A stretch of DNA of 64,000 bases from Gammaproteobacteria bacterium (GTDB taxonomy: Bacteria > Pseudomonadota > Gammaproteobacteria > JBCCGL01). The translations under genes were made by a program, and so were the position numbers. Under the pieces are notes generated by a model. The model saw only the letters and a list, made by a program, of their open reading frames with translations. It ran no database searches and was not told where the DNA came from. Where the stretch lies: assembly GCA_965277715.1 (NCBI GenBank), contig OZ255836.1:3776001-3840000 (forward strand). Direction: 5' to 3'. This document shows, piece by piece, positions 38,673 through 50,039 of the stretch; position 1 is the first letter of the stretch; the number at the start of each line of letters is the position of its first letter.

Positions 38673-40796
38673 ATGATTCAAGATAAAAGCAAAGTTTCTT
38701 CGAGCAGTGCCACTTCAGGTGAGCATATTCGCGAAAAAAATAATACAGTGAGCACGGGTGATGTAGAAAATCGCTTCAAGCATTTTGCTAATATTGCCGT
38801 GGATCTATTTTGGGAGACAGATGCCGAATTGCGTTTCACTTACCTTTCTGACGGTTATGAAGCGGCTACTGGTATCGCGCCAGAATTAGTTATTGGCACC
38901 AGTAGAAAAGATTTGATCAGAGATATGGTCGATGAAAAAACATGCGAGGAACATTTTAGGTTACTCGATCAACATTTACCGTATGATAACCTTATATATC
39001 AATGGAAAGGTCACGATGGGCGGTTGATCACTATAAAGAGCAGGGGACAACCTTATTTTGATGAACAAAAGGTATTTTGTGGTTATCGGGGTGTCGCCAG
39101 TGATATTACTGAAAGTTGTAAGGCGCAGTTAGCACTCAAGGCGAGTGAAGAGCGGTTTCAGGCATTTGCGGAAATTGCTGCAGATTTATTTTGGGAAACC
39201 GATGATAAGTTGCGATTTACCTATCTCTCTGATCGATATAAAGAAATCACGGGAGTTTCGCCAGAGAAAGTGCTTGGCATGGAACGTAAAGAACTTGTGT
39301 TGGAAATGCTCAACCCCAAGCAGCGGGAACAGCACCGAAAGGATCTCGAAGAAAAGCTCCCCTATGATGATCTGGAATATGAATGGTGTGTACCAGGTGG
39401 TCACCGGTTAATTCTTAGAAGTAGTGCCCGCCCATTTTACGATGATCAGGGAAAATTTCGTGGTTACCGTGGGGTCGCACGCGATATTACAGCGACATAC
39501 CAAGCGCAAAAGATGATCTACCATGCCACTCACGACTATTTAACTGGATTGGTCAACCGTCGTGCATTTCAGGAGCGCTTGGAAAAAGCAGTGATAAGTG
39601 CCCAAGATCGGCCTACAACGCATGTGCTGTGCTACCTGGATCTTGATCAGTTCAAGGTTGTTAATGATACCACTGGTCATGAAAGTGGCGATAACTTACT
39701 CAGAGAAATCAGCGATCTTATTAAACGACATATAAGACAGCGGGATACGCTGGCTCGCCTTGGTGGCGATGAGTTTGGGTTACTAATGGATAACTGTACC
39801 ACCGAGCAAGGTAAGAAAGTTGCTGAAAAGCTTGTAGCGGCAATCGATGCATATCAATTTAAATGGAAGGGGCGTAGCTTTAAGGTTGGTGTCAGTATTG
39901 GTCTGGTTTCTATTGATAGCTCAGCAAGCAGTGCCCAGCAGTTACTTAGCCAGGCAGATGTCGCCTGTTACACAGCCAAAGACATGGGGCGAAACTGTGC
40001 TTATACCTATCAGCCGGAGAGCGATGGCCTGGATCGTCGGCACAGTGAAATTATCCGGGCAGCGGAGTTAAAGGATGCACTTAGCGATGATCGTTTCAAC
40101 CTTGTTGCGCAACAAATTGTACCATTGCGTCCACAGCATAGTAGCTGTAAACAGTATGAAATATTACTGCGCATGCAAGGAGCAGATAAGAATGAGTTGT
40201 CACCCGATGAGTTTATTCCTGCTGCAGAACGTTATGGCCTTATGCCTATGATTGATCAGTATGTATTCGATCAAGCATTGGAAGTACTGGGTACTGCATT
40301 GAAATCCAATAAGATAACCCGTATCAACATTAATGTATCTGGGAAGTCAATGGTTGACAATACGCTATTTGAGTATGCTGCCCAAGCTGTGCGCAATAAG
40401 AAAATACCGCCCGAAAGTATCTGCTTCGAAATTACTGAAACATCACTAATTAATAATCTATCCAGTGTGGCAGAGTTGATCGATGCTATGAAAGCAGAGG
40501 GTTTCCAATTTGCACTTGACGACTTTGGTAGTGGCTTTTCATCATTTACTTACATGAAACAATTGCCAGTGAATTACCTGAAGATTGATGGAACATTTGT
40601 TCACAATATTGCCACTGATAATAAAAATCGTGCAATTGTTAAAGCAATTACCGAAATGGGCCACTCTATGGGTATGCAGACGATTGCGGAATATGCTGAA
40701 TCCCAGGCAGTAGTTGATACATTGACTGAACTGGGTGTTGACTGGGCTCAGGGTTTTGCATTGGGCAGAGTGGTGCCAGTTACTGAGATAATCTAA
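38673..40796 (+). CDS. PAS-PAS-GGDEF-EAL c-di-GMP enzyme
   Basis: Two FWETD..GYRG PAS/PAC repeats, GGDEF, EIL, DDFGSG. Confidence 0.93.
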   Translation: MIQDKSKVSSSSATSGEHIREKNNTVSTGDVENRFKHFANIAVDLFWETDAELRFTYLSDGYEAATGIAPELVIGTSRKDLIRDMVDEKTCEEHFRLLDQHLPYDNLIYQWKGHDGRLITIKSRGQPYFDEQKVFCGYRGVASDITESCKAQLALKASEERFQAFAEIAADLFWETDDKLRFTYLSDRYKEITGVSPEKVLGMERKELVLEMLNPKQREQHRKDLEEKLPYDDLEYEWCVPGGHRLILRSSARPFYDDQGKFRGYRGVARDITATYQAQKMIYHATHDYLTGLVNRRAFQERLEKAVISAQDRPTTHVLCYLDLDQFKVVNDTTGHESGDNLLREISDLIKRHIRQRDTLARLGGDEFGLLMDNCTTEQGKKVAEKLVAAIDAYQFKWKGRSFKVGVSIGLVSIDSSASSAQQLLSQADVACYTAKDMGRNCAYTYQPESDGLDRRHSEIIRAAELKDALSDDRFNLVAQQIVPLRPQHSSCKQYEILLRMQGADKNELSPDEFIPAAERYGLMPMIDQYVFDQALEVLGTALKSNKITRININVSGKSMVDNTLFEYAAQAVRNKKIPPESICFEITETSLINNLSSVAELIDAMKAEGFQFALDDFGSGFSSFTYMKQLPVNYLKIDGTFVHNIATDNKNRAIVKAITEMGHSMGMQTIAEYAESQAVVDTLTELGVDWAQGFALGRVVPVTEII

Positions 40797-40800
40797 ATGC

Positions 40801-41430
40801 TTATTGTTTTTGCAGTAAACAATAAATTCCATTTGGGTTGTCGCTGGCGATGTATAAATCTACTTTGGACTCCAGTATCTTTACAGTATTGCTTTCAGCA
40901 AGCGATCTAATATGCTCATCAAACCCCATATCAGACCAAGCCTCGGTATGCACAGTAAAGGCGAAGTAGCCGCCTGGCCGAAGCAGGCGCAAAATTTCAT
41001 CAATAGGCTTCGGGCCAACGTGACCGTACGTAAAAGTGCCAGAACTTACTGCTGCATCGTAATATTTATCAGGTAAATCAATTGGTTGGTTTAAGTCCTT
41101 GTTATAGAGTACTCTATACAAACCCCTCTTGTGGGCTATGTCCAGCATCTCACTGGAAAAATCTATACCATCAAAAACATAATCATCGACTTTTTTTAGG
41201 TGGTAAGCCGTGAGCCCAGTCCCACAGCCTACATCTAAGATAGTGGTTGATGGTGTTAAGTAAGGTGTGATTTGCCTGGCAAGTACACCAGGAGCGACCC
41301 AATTAAGATTTTGTTCAACATGGGCATCGTAGTTTTCCGCCCAGTTTTTGTAGAACGATAAAGTATCTCCTCTATCGCACAGGAAGTAAGCTTCTGCCAG
41401 AAAAGGATCTCCATGTGGATCAGCTTTCAC
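40801..41430 (-). CDS. Class I SAM-dependent methyltransferase
   Basis: YKNWAENYD, LDVGCGTG, GTFTYGHVG, LRPGG. Confidence 0.88.
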   Translation of the reverse strand: MKADPHGDPFLAEAYFLCDRGDTLSFYKNWAENYDAHVEQNLNWVAPGVLARQITPYLTPSTTILDVGCGTGLTAYHLKKVDDYVFDGIDFSSEMLDIAHKRGLYRVLYNKDLNQPIDLPDKYYDAAVSSGTFTYGHVGPKPIDEILRLLRPGGYFAFTVHTEAWSDMGFDEHIRSLAESNTVKILESKVDLYIASDNPNGIYCLLQKQ

Positions 41431-41664
41431 GGGGTATCTCCCGAATATATGGGTATGTTGCAGAGTAACATGGGCTAAAGAATAGTAACACCGGACTATA
41501 ATAAATAGGACTAACTAGCCATCAACTCATCAGCCAATGCCAATATTTTAATCGTTTGATATTATTTATAGCAGAAACAATGCCTGATAGTGATTATATG
41601 TTCAACAAAAGTTGTTAGCTACCAAGGAGATTAGGCTAGCTGGAGGGGACGTTATTGTTAGCTA

Positions 41665-42264
41665 TCAATGAAACCGGCACAACCCACGCTGATCAAACGG
41701 GACACTCGCGCTTTGCCCAAAATACGCCTGCAGTGCTGCCAATGCCTTTACATCCTTGTTGTCACGCCAGCACTCTGCCTGTTGCAGTAGTGATGGCCTG
41801 GGGTGTTCGATACAGGCAATCATCGTCTGTAGTACGGTGATCAGGTGGCAATAGTGCGTGGCGAGACCGGCATAGAGCGTAGACGGTATATTAGTATTGC
41901 GCCGGGCCAGTTGTCGGTAAGCGTGTTGGCCCAATTGTGCACAGGCATTGCCTGGTAGATCACAATACCCTACCCACTGTGGGCACAAACCACATAACAA
42001 CAGGCATTCGTCACCGAGTATTCGCAAATCGCGTTGACTCACTGTATCGAGCATTTCGATGGCGGTGCTCTGCACTGATGCCGATGGTGCCTGATCGGCA
42101 TAACGTACCATCAAATGTGTCAGGTAGCTCTGCTGTAGCTCATCGATTGTAAATGGCTGGTGTGAACAGGCTTCGCTGATCCGTTGGTGTAATGGGTTAA
42201 ATGAAGGGTGCACAGGTTTAATTTGGCCAGATTCTCTCGTCAACCTGACAGTTAGCTGCCGCAA
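41665..42264 (-). CDS. Conserved-type hypothetical protein
   Basis: SYLTHLMVRY, LRILGDECLL..G, LGQHAY pattern; start uncertain. Confidence 0.55.
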   Translation of the reverse strand: MRQLTVRLTRESGQIKPVHPSFNPLHQRISEACSHQPFTIDELQQSYLTHLMVRYADQAPSASVQSTAIEMLDTVSQRDLRILGDECLLLCGLCPQWVGYCDLPGNACAQLGQHAYRQLARRNTNIPSTLYAGLATHYCHLITVLQTMIACIEHPRPSLLQQAECWRDNKDVKALAALQAYFGQSASVPFDQRGLCRFH

Positions 42265-42306
42265 AGCGAAATTCTTTAATTGTTATGCGTTTCGTGCGTG
42301 CTTCCC

Positions 42307-43209
42307 TTAGGTGTTTTCCGGGCCATTCTCAAAGGTTTCTCTGATTACCTCTACCGTTTCAAGTGGTAAGTTGGTCGCGGTAGCAATCTGTTCATTTGAC
42401 AGCCCCATAGGTATCAGCTTTTTAGCCGTTTTACGGGCGGCTATGCCTTTCCCTTTCTCCATGCCTTTCTCCATGCCTTTCTCAAGCCCTGTGCGTTCTG
42501 CCAACTGTTTTGTATATTCCATTGCATCATATTCATCCATGCGCTTTTTGTTTACGTAGTCATAAACCAACATCTCCTGCTTGCTCCAGGCGTGCTGTTG
42601 CGCCATTTCAAAGGCCGTTTTGAACACAGGATCCTGTTGGAATAAAGCGGGAACCTCATCCAGGGCGACGGTGTTTTTAATAAAATAAATCCATTTATCC
42701 ACGACGTTATCCAGCTCATCCAGGGTTTTGTGAAATTTAGGCAGTTCAATAAAACAAAAGGCAAAGTCATCCAAATGGTTTTTATGGGTATCGAGTATCA
42801 GGTGGTTAGACAGGTAGCGTTTACTGTCGGTACTGAAATCAAAATCCAGGATACCGATAAAGTGTACTTTTTTTAGCTTTTGGTACTGTGCACCTTTATC
42901 AAGCTGATTAACATAGGATTTGGCCGTGTAATACAGGCTGCGTCGGGCAAAATGCGGGCTGGGCTGCACCTGCATTTCAATAATAAAAGTACGCTGTTGC
43001 TGGTCAGTTGCCGTGACATCCAGCACGGTTTCTTTGAGGTCTTCAATTTTGGGTGGCTGGTAGGGATTGTCAAAGGACACGTCCACCACTTTAGCTCCCT
43101 CTGGGAAATCCAGCGCGGCATTGACGAAGTGGATTAACACCTCTTTATGGTTTTTGTTGCCAAAAATGCGCTTAAAGGCAACGTCATTGCGCGGGTCAGC
43201 AAATTTCAT
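42307..43209 (-). CDS. Rpn family PD-(D/E)xK nuclease
   Basis: DVAFKRIFG, LDV..IEMQ, RRSLYY, FIELPKF, EKGMEKGMEKG repeats, C-terminal HTH-like IATATNL. Confidence 0.9.
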   Translation of the reverse strand: MKFADPRNDVAFKRIFGNKNHKEVLIHFVNAALDFPEGAKVVDVSFDNPYQPPKIEDLKETVLDVTATDQQQRTFIIEMQVQPSPHFARRSLYYTAKSYVNQLDKGAQYQKLKKVHFIGILDFDFSTDSKRYLSNHLILDTHKNHLDDFAFCFIELPKFHKTLDELDNVVDKWIYFIKNTVALDEVPALFQQDPVFKTAFEMAQQHAWSKQEMLVYDYVNKKRMDEYDAMEYTKQLAERTGLEKGMEKGMEKGKGIAARKTAKKLIPMGLSNEQIATATNLPLETVEVIRETFENGPENT

Positions 43210-43359
43210 AGGGTATTGTAGCATGTGATACACAAGTGATCATGGAAGCTGAGCGCATGGGGTTGAAAGAGTCACTGAGTCTATTTTGTACGGGCTAATG
43301 CCGCCACCTGCCGCTATAATTGAACGCTTTGTCTCTCACCGTCATTAAAGATTCGCCCA

Positions 43360-44316
43360 GTGCAGAAGTTAAATAAAAACGCCTCCGTGCAGACTTTTCA
43401 AGGCATGATCGCCGCCCTGCAAGATTATTGGGCTGGGCACGGCTGTGTTATCCATCAACCCTACGATATGGAGGTGGGGGCAGGTACTTTTCACCCGTCC
43501 ACTTTTATCCGTGCGATTGGCCCGGAACCCTGGCGCGCTGCACACGTACAGGGCTCGCGTCGGCCAGGCGATGGCCGCTATGGTGAAAATCCCAATCGCC
43601 TACAGCACTATTATCAGTTTCAGGTGATGCTGAAACCCTCACCGGATGATATCCAGGACTTATACCTCGGTTCTTTGCAGATGTTGGGTTTTGACCCGTT
43701 GGAACACGATATTCGCTTTGTCGAGGATAATTGGGAATCACCAACGCTGGGGGCCTGGGGGCTTGGCTGGGAGGTGTGGCTGAACGGTATGGAGGTGACG
43801 CAGTTCACCTATTTTCAACAGGTTGGTGGGTTGGAGTGTCGCCCGGTAACCGGCGAGATCGCCTACGGTATTGAGCGTTTGGCGATGTACCTGCAAGGTG
43901 TTGACAGTATTTACGATTTGGTCTGGGCGCAGGGGTACAGCGGGCCGGTAAGCTATGCGGATGTTTTTCACCAAAACGAGGTGGAACAGTCGGCTTATAA
44001 CTTTGAACATGCGGATGTCCCCGGATTATTTGAGCAGTTTCGAATGTGTGAGCAGGCGAGTACGCGGCTGTGCGGGCTGGCATTACCATTGCCCGCTTAT
44101 GAACAGGTATTGCGTGCCTCACATACATTTAACTTACTCGATGCGCGCCGGGCCATTTCGGTGACTGAGCGCCAGGGGTATATATTGCGGATTCGCACAT
44201 TGGCACGACAAGTTGCCGAGGCCTATTACGCATCACGCGAAAAATGCGGCTTTCCCTTATGCGTTGACCCCCGCCATACAGAGCAGGGTGTACAGACCAG
44301 GGAGGCAGGCGAATGA
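43360..44316 (+). CDS. glyQ: Glycine-tRNA ligase alpha subunit
   Basis: [33 protein letters not shown]. Confidence 0.97.
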   Translation: MQKLNKNASVQTFQGMIAALQDYWAGHGCVIHQPYDMEVGAGTFHPSTFIRAIGPEPWRAAHVQGSRRPGDGRYGENPNRLQHYYQFQVMLKPSPDDIQDLYLGSLQMLGFDPLEHDIRFVEDNWESPTLGAWGLGWEVWLNGMEVTQFTYFQQVGGLECRPVTGEIAYGIERLAMYLQGVDSIYDLVWAQGYSGPVSYADVFHQNEVEQSAYNFEHADVPGLFEQFRMCEQASTRLCGLALPLPAYEQVLRASHTFNLLDARRAISVTERQGYILRIRTLARQVAEAYYASREKCGFPLCVDPRHTEQGVQTREAGE

Positions 44317-46430
44317 TTGAAACGCGTGATTTGCTGATCGAGATCGGCACCGAAGAGCTACCGCCCAAATCCTTATTGACACTGGCCGCTGCCTTTGCCG
44401 AGGGCATCGTTGCCGGGCTTGTAGCGGTGGGCTTATCACCCGCCGCGCACTGTGTTTATGCAACACCACGCCGTTTGGCTGTGGTGGTTGATAGCGTACC
44501 TGTGCTACAGGCGGGCAGTGAAACAGAGCGGCTCGGCCCCGCACTTGCCGCTGCCTTTGACAGCGCGGGCGCCCCCACCAAAGCGGCTGAAGGCTTTGCG
44601 CGTTCCTGCGGTGTTGCGGTAGGTGATTTGCAACAGCGCGAGACGGATAAAGGTACCTGGTTGGTTTACACCGTTAAGCAGCCGGGCCGTCCGGTGAGTG
44701 TGTTGTTGGAAGGTATCATTGCGCAGTCGTTAGCGAAGTTGCCGATTCCAAAGCGCATGCGCTGGGGGGCGGGTGATGTTGAATTTGTGCGCCCGGTTCA
44801 CTGGGTGTGTGTGGTGTTGGGTGAGGCAACAGTCGATTGCCAGGTGCTTGGTTTGTCCGCCAGTAATACCACACGCGGCCATCGTTTCCACGCCAATCAT
44901 GCCATTACAGTGGATTGCGCCGGGAACTACCCTGAAATATTGCTTGCTCAAGGTAAAGTTATTGCCGATTTTGCGCGTCGTCGCACTGTCATCAGCGAGC
45001 AGATTGAGGTTTGTGCCCATGCACTAAATGGCCAGGCAATGGTGGCGCCAGGTTTGCTGGAAGAGGTCACTGCTCTGGTTGAGTGGCCAGTGGCAATCGG
45101 CGGTGGCTTTGAGGATAAATACCTCAGCGTGCCTGAAGAGGTATTAATAACCACCTTACAGGACAACCAAAAATACTTCCCACTGCGCGATACCGATGGC
45201 AAGTTGCTGCCTGCATTTATTACGGTGAGCAATATCGACAGCGACAACCCCGCATCGGTGCGCGAGGGCAATCAGCGCGTGGTACGCCCCCGGTTGGCCG
45301 ATGCGATGTTTTTCTGGGAGCAGGATCGCAAACAATCCCTGGCGGCACGTAGTGCAGCGCTGGCATCTGTGTTATTTCAGAAACAGCTCGGTTCACTGGC
45401 CGATAAGGTTGCACGGGTTACCGCTTTGGCCGAGTGGATCACGACTGCAATAGGGGGGGATTTATCGATCACCCGCCGTGCCGCTGTGCTCTCCCGCTGC
45501 GATTTACTCACCGATATGGTAGGTGAGTTTCCCAGCCTTCAGGGCGTGATGGGCGAGTATTACGCCCGCCATGATGGTGAACCTGCCGCCGTGGCGGTGG
45601 CATTGCGTGAGCAATACCTGCCAAAGTTTGCCAGCGATGTGTTGGCCAGCAGTGATGCAGGCAGGGCACTGGCAATTGCCGAGCGCATCGATACACTGGT
45701 GGGTATTTTTGCTATTGGCCAGCGGCCAAGTGGCGTTAAAGATCCCTTTGCGCTGCGCCGTGCTGCGCTGGGGGTATTGCGTACGTGTATCGAGTGTGAA
45801 TTGGGCATCGACCTTCGCGCACTGCTTGCGCAGGCGGCGGCACAATTTTCCGGGCAAACTAACAGTGATGATGCAGCATCGGCTGTATTCGATTTTATGA
45901 TGGAGCGCTTAAAAGCGTATTACGCCAACAAAGCGGTGGCACCACAGGTTTTTGATGCGGTGATCGCCAGGCAGCCCGGTATCCCGCTCGATTTTGACCG
46001 GCGCATTCATGCCGTGCGCAGCTTTTCAGCGCTGCCGCAGGCGGCCAGCCTGTCAGCGGCGAATAAACGCATCCGCAATATTCTTAAAAAAGCACACATC
46101 GGCACAAGTGACGGTGATGCAGATGCCCATGATTTGGGTAGCGATAGCATGGTCGTCGACCCATCACTGCTACAGGTATCACAAGAGCGCGATTTATATG
46201 CCGCCATCAGCGGGTACAGTACACAGTTGGCACCACTACTGGCAGCAGCCGATTACACCGCTGCATTAACGGTGCTCTCCGCGCTACGCGAGCCGGTCGA
46301 TGCGTTTTTTGATGCCGTAATGGTCATGGCCGAAGACCCGATGATCCGCGCCAATCGCCTGGCCCTGTTGCGTGATCTCGCTGAGTTATTGGGTCCTGTG
46401 GCGGATATTTCACGGCTCGATGGTTTATGA
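44313..46430 (+). CDS. glyS: Glycine-tRNA ligase beta subunit
   Basis: [29 protein letters not shown]. Confidence 0.97.
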   Translation: MIETRDLLIEIGTEELPPKSLLTLAAAFAEGIVAGLVAVGLSPAAHCVYATPRRLAVVVDSVPVLQAGSETERLGPALAAAFDSAGAPTKAAEGFARSCGVAVGDLQQRETDKGTWLVYTVKQPGRPVSVLLEGIIAQSLAKLPIPKRMRWGAGDVEFVRPVHWVCVVLGEATVDCQVLGLSASNTTRGHRFHANHAITVDCAGNYPEILLAQGKVIADFARRRTVISEQIEVCAHALNGQAMVAPGLLEEVTALVEWPVAIGGGFEDKYLSVPEEVLITTLQDNQKYFPLRDTDGKLLPAFITVSNIDSDNPASVREGNQRVVRPRLADAMFFWEQDRKQSLAARSAALASVLFQKQLGSLADKVARVTALAEWITTAIGGDLSITRRAAVLSRCDLLTDMVGEFPSLQGVMGEYYARHDGEPAAVAVALREQYLPKFASDVLASSDAGRALAIAERIDTLVGIFAIGQRPSGVKDPFALRRAALGVLRTCIECELGIDLRALLAQAAAQFSGQTNSDDAASAVFDFMMERLKAYYANKAVAPQVFDAVIARQPGIPLDFDRRIHAVRSFSALPQAASLSAANKRIRNILKKAHIGTSDGDADAHDLGSDSMVVDPSLLQVSQERDLYAAISGYSTQLAPLLAAADYTAALTVLSALREPVDAFFDAVMVMAEDPMIRANRLALLRDLAELLGPVADISRLDGL

Positions 46431-46454
46431 GGATTGTCTGATGAAAGTTGCCTT

Positions 46455-46991
46455 ATGAAACTGGTGGTACTCGATCGCGATGGCGTAATTAACGAAAACG
46501 CGGATGACTACATCAAGTCGGCGGATGAATGGATACCGATTCCCGGTAGCCTGGAGGCCATCGCCCGGCTCAACCGGGCGGGTTATCACACGGCGGTAGC
46601 GACCAATCAGTCTGGCATTGCCCGTGGTTTATTTGGAATTGAAACGCTGCACAGCATACATAAAAAAATGGATTATCTTCTGGCGCAGCACGGTGGTCAT
46701 ATCGAAACGGTATTGTTCTGCCCTCACGGTCCTGATGAGGGTTGTCCGTGCCGTAAACCAAGCCCCGGTTTGTTACTGCAACTGGCTGACAGGCTGGGTA
46801 TTGATTTGCGGGGCATTCCCTTTGTGGGCGATTCACTCAGTGATATTCAGGCGGCCACCCAGGCCGGTGCAACCCCTTTGTTGGTGCGCACGGGTAATGG
46901 CGAGCGCACCCTCCAAAACCGTGAGGCACTGCCTGAATCGGTGCAAGTCTTTGATGATTTATCCGATTGTGTTAGCCAGCTATTAGCGTGA
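46455..46991 (+). CDS. gmhB: D-glycero-D-manno-heptose 1,7-bisphosphate phosphatase
   Basis: DRDGVIN, TNQSG, CPH..C.CRKP. Confidence 0.93.
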   Translation: MKLVVLDRDGVINENADDYIKSADEWIPIPGSLEAIARLNRAGYHTAVATNQSGIARGLFGIETLHSIHKKMDYLLAQHGGHIETVLFCPHGPDEGCPCRKPSPGLLLQLADRLGIDLRGIPFVGDSLSDIQAATQAGATPLLVRTGNGERTLQNREALPESVQVFDDLSDCVSQLLA

Positions 46992-47001
46992 ACCGAAACC
47001 A

Positions 47002-47754
47002 ATGACAACATGCCTGCTATCGCGCCCGGTACTTTACCTGCGCTCGCTCTTGTTTCTGCTGCTTTTTGGGTTGAATACAATCGTCTATGCGCTACCGATG
47101 GTGCTCGCATTTTTACTGCCACTGATGTGGCGCTATCGCCTGCTAAAAGTGTATCCACTGGTGAGTCTGTGGTTGTTGAAGGTTTGCTGTGGCTTGCGTT
47201 ACCGGGTTGAGGGCAGGGAAAACCTGCCAGAGACCCCCTCGATTGTATTTGCCAAACACCAATCCACCTGGGAAGCCCTGGGCCTTATTTTGTGCCTGCC
47301 TGCCGCCGCCTATGTCGCCAAACGCGAGTTATTGTGGATTCCTTTTTTCGGCTGGGGAATGGCCTCTTTGCGCTATATCACTATCGACCGCAGCGCGGGC
47401 CGCAAGGCAATTGTTCATATTATCCGACAAGCCCGGGACCGGCTTGCCAGAGGCCTGTGGATTATTATTTTCCCCGAGGGTACACGCCGACCGGTGGGCG
47501 CATCCCTACAGTACAAAATGGGGGGGGCGATAATGGCTGTGAAAACGGGGGCAGCGGTTGTGCCCATTGCACTTAACTCGGGTGAATTCTGGCCACGCAG
47601 TGGGTTTATTAAATGGCCGGGTGAAATCACTCTGAGCATTGGGCCAGCGATCGAGACCCGTGACAAACAGGCCGAACAGGTGCGCGATGAAGCTCAGCAA
47701 TGGATCGAAACAAAAATGGCAGAAATAGTCATTCCAGATCGTTTTCCCTACTAA
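47002..47754 (+). CDS. plsC: 1-acyl-sn-glycerol-3-phosphate acyltransferase
   Basis: KHQSTWE, FPEGTR. Confidence 0.88.
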   Translation: MTTCLLSRPVLYLRSLLFLLLFGLNTIVYALPMVLAFLLPLMWRYRLLKVYPLVSLWLLKVCCGLRYRVEGRENLPETPSIVFAKHQSTWEALGLILCLPAAAYVAKRELLWIPFFGWGMASLRYITIDRSAGRKAIVHIIRQARDRLARGLWIIIFPEGTRRPVGASLQYKMGGAIMAVKTGAAVVPIALNSGEFWPRSGFIKWPGEITLSIGPAIETRDKQAEQVRDEAQQWIETKMAEIVIPDRFPY

Positions 47755-47816
47755 CAGGCTACGAAAGCATGTGTAATTTCAGCCGATACAATACCCGTTT
47801 CCAGTAGGATTACCGA

Positions 47817-50000
47817 ATGGATGTCTCTTCAATTCTCGACTCACTCAACCCGGCACAGCGCGAAGCGGTTGCCGCTCCCCCCGGCCCCATTCTGGTACAG
47901 GCGGGGGCCGGTAGCGGTAAAACCCGCGTATTAACCCACCGTATTGCCTGGCTTAATAGCGTCGAGGGGGTTTCACCCTTTTCCGTGCTGGCGGTCACCT
48001 TTACCAACAAGGCGGCCAGCGAAATGCGCGCCCGCGTCGAGGCGATGCTGGGTATGCCACTTGGGCCGATGTGGATTGGTACGTTTCACGGCCTGGCGCA
48101 CCGCTTACTGCGCCAGCACTGGCGGGAAGCCAGATTACAGCAGGGCTTTCAAATTCTCGATGCCGATGACCAGTTGCGCGTGGTCAAGCGGGTACTGCGT
48201 GGCCTGGCGCTCGATGAAACCCGCTGGCCTCCCAAACAGGCTGTGTGGTGGATCAACGCACGCAAAGACGAAGGATTGCGCGCCAAGCACCTGGAAGATC
48301 ATAACGACCCCATTCGCCGCCAATACATCCGCATTTATTCGGCCTATGAAACCAGTTGTGAACAGAGTAGCGCCGTCGACTTTGCCGAGCTGTTGTTGCG
48401 GGCGCTCGAACTGCTGCGCGATAACACCGGGCTGCTCGATCACTACCGAAAACGCTTTCAGCATATTCTGGTTGACGAATTTCAGGATACCAACGCAATT
48501 CAATATGCCTGGCTGCGCCTATTGGCGGGTGGTGCGGGCAACTTGTTTGCCGTGGGCGATGACGACCAGTCGATCTACAGTTGGCGTGGTGCCAAAGTGG
48601 AGAATATCCTCAATTTTGAAAAAGACTTTCCCGGCGCGCAGCTTATCCAGCTCGAACAAAACTACCGCTCGACCCACAATATCCTCTCAGCGGCCAATAC
48701 CTTGATTGCCAACAATATGGAACGCATCGGTAAGAACCTGTGGACAGAAGACACCAGTGGTGACCCAATAACGCGCTATACCGCCTATAACGAAATGGAT
48801 GAGGCGCGCTTTGTGGTCGAGCGCATTGCGCAATGGGTGGAGAGTGGGGGGCGGCGTGATGAGTGCGCTATCCTGTACCGTTCGAATGCCCAGTCAAGAG
48901 TACTGGAAGGCATGTTGCTGGATGCCGGAATGCCCTACCGTGTGTATGGCGGGTTGCGCTTTTTTGAACGGGCGGAAATCAAAGATGCTCTGGCCTATTT
49001 GCGCCTGCTGGGCAATGAAAATGACGATGTATCGTTTGAGCGTGTGGTCAACCACCCACCGCGTGGTATCGGTGAAAAAACCGTTAGCCAGATTCGCGAA
49101 GCGGCGCGTACCGGGCAGGTATCGATGTGGATTGCAGCACAGCAATTGATCTCGACTAATGCACTGTCTGCACGTGCGGCAAATGCAATCAACACATTTT
49201 TGGCATTAATACCCAGCTTGCGTGATACCTGCCACGAACTGCCACTGGCTGAAGTGATTGTCCACTGTGTTGAACACAGCGGTCTGCGCGGCTACTTCTC
49301 GCGGGATAAATCTGAAAAAGGCCAGTCACGCATCGAAAACCTGGACGAACTCGCCAGCGCCATCAATACCCGCACCAGCGCCTTAGACCACCAGCAGGAT
49401 CTACCCGAGGAAATGTCTGAGCTGGATCAGTTCCTCGCCAACGCTGCACTGGACGCCGGTGACGCCCAGGGGCAGGCCTGGGAGGACTGCGTGCAGCTAA
49501 TGACCCTGCATTCAGCCAAAGGGCTGGAGTTTGCCGTGGTGTTTTTAACCGGCATGGAAGAGGGCTTGTTTCCCGGCCAGCGATCAATCGAAGAAGAGGG
49601 GCGTATGCAGGAAGAGCGACGCCTGTGCTATGTCGGTATCACCCGCGCACGAAAAACGCTGTACCTGACCCTGGCAGAACAGCGCCGTCTGTATGGCCAG
49701 GAACATTACAGCATGGCCTCGCGCTTTCTGGGGGAAATCCCCGCAGAACTTATTCAGGATGTTCGCCCGCGTGCCTTCGTCACCCGGCCAACGTACCAGC
49801 GCGCCCACGCCGAGGCATTTATTGCCGGGCCTGCCCCGGAGGGGGTCAGTGTCGGCCAGCGGGTTAATCACGCCAAATTTGGCGAGGGTATGGTCACCGG
49901 GTTTGAAGGGCAGGGTAGCCATGCCCGCGTGCAGGTACATTTTGCCAATGCCGGTAGCAAGTGGCTGGTATTGGCTTATGCGAAGTTGGAAATACTTTAG
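47817..50000 (+). CDS. uvrD: DNA helicase II
   Basis: AGAGSGKT, DEFQD, QNYRS, HSAKGLEF, EERRL; C-terminal tudor-like KWLV. Confidence 0.96.
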   Translation: MDVSSILDSLNPAQREAVAAPPGPILVQAGAGSGKTRVLTHRIAWLNSVEGVSPFSVLAVTFTNKAASEMRARVEAMLGMPLGPMWIGTFHGLAHRLLRQHWREARLQQGFQILDADDQLRVVKRVLRGLALDETRWPPKQAVWWINARKDEGLRAKHLEDHNDPIRRQYIRIYSAYETSCEQSSAVDFAELLLRALELLRDNTGLLDHYRKRFQHILVDEFQDTNAIQYAWLRLLAGGAGNLFAVGDDDQSIYSWRGAKVENILNFEKDFPGAQLIQLEQNYRSTHNILSAANTLIANNMERIGKNLWTEDTSGDPITRYTAYNEMDEARFVVERIAQWVESGGRRDECAILYRSNAQSRVLEGMLLDAGMPYRVYGGLRFFERAEIKDALAYLRLLGNENDDVSFERVVNHPPRGIGEKTVSQIREAARTGQVSMWIAAQQLISTNALSARAANAINTFLALIPSLRDTCHELPLAEVIVHCVEHSGLRGYFSRDKSEKGQSRIENLDELASAINTRTSALDHQQDLPEEMSELDQFLANAALDAGDAQGQAWEDCVQLMTLHSAKGLEFAVVFLTGMEEGLFPGQRSIEEEGRMQEERRLCYVGITRARKTLYLTLAEQRRLYGQEHYSMASRFLGEIPAELIQDVRPRAFVTRPTYQRAHAEAFIAGPAPEGVSVGQRVNHAKFGEGMVTGFEGQGSHARVQVHFANAGSKWLVLAYAKLEIL

Positions 50001-50039
50001 CCTAAACGTCTCAGTTGAATCATATAACAGTCTCCGCCA

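Noticed and set aside
41509-41664. CTAAC...GTTAGC motifs resembling an integron attC
   Set aside because: Poor inner complementarity, no array and no IntI in the window
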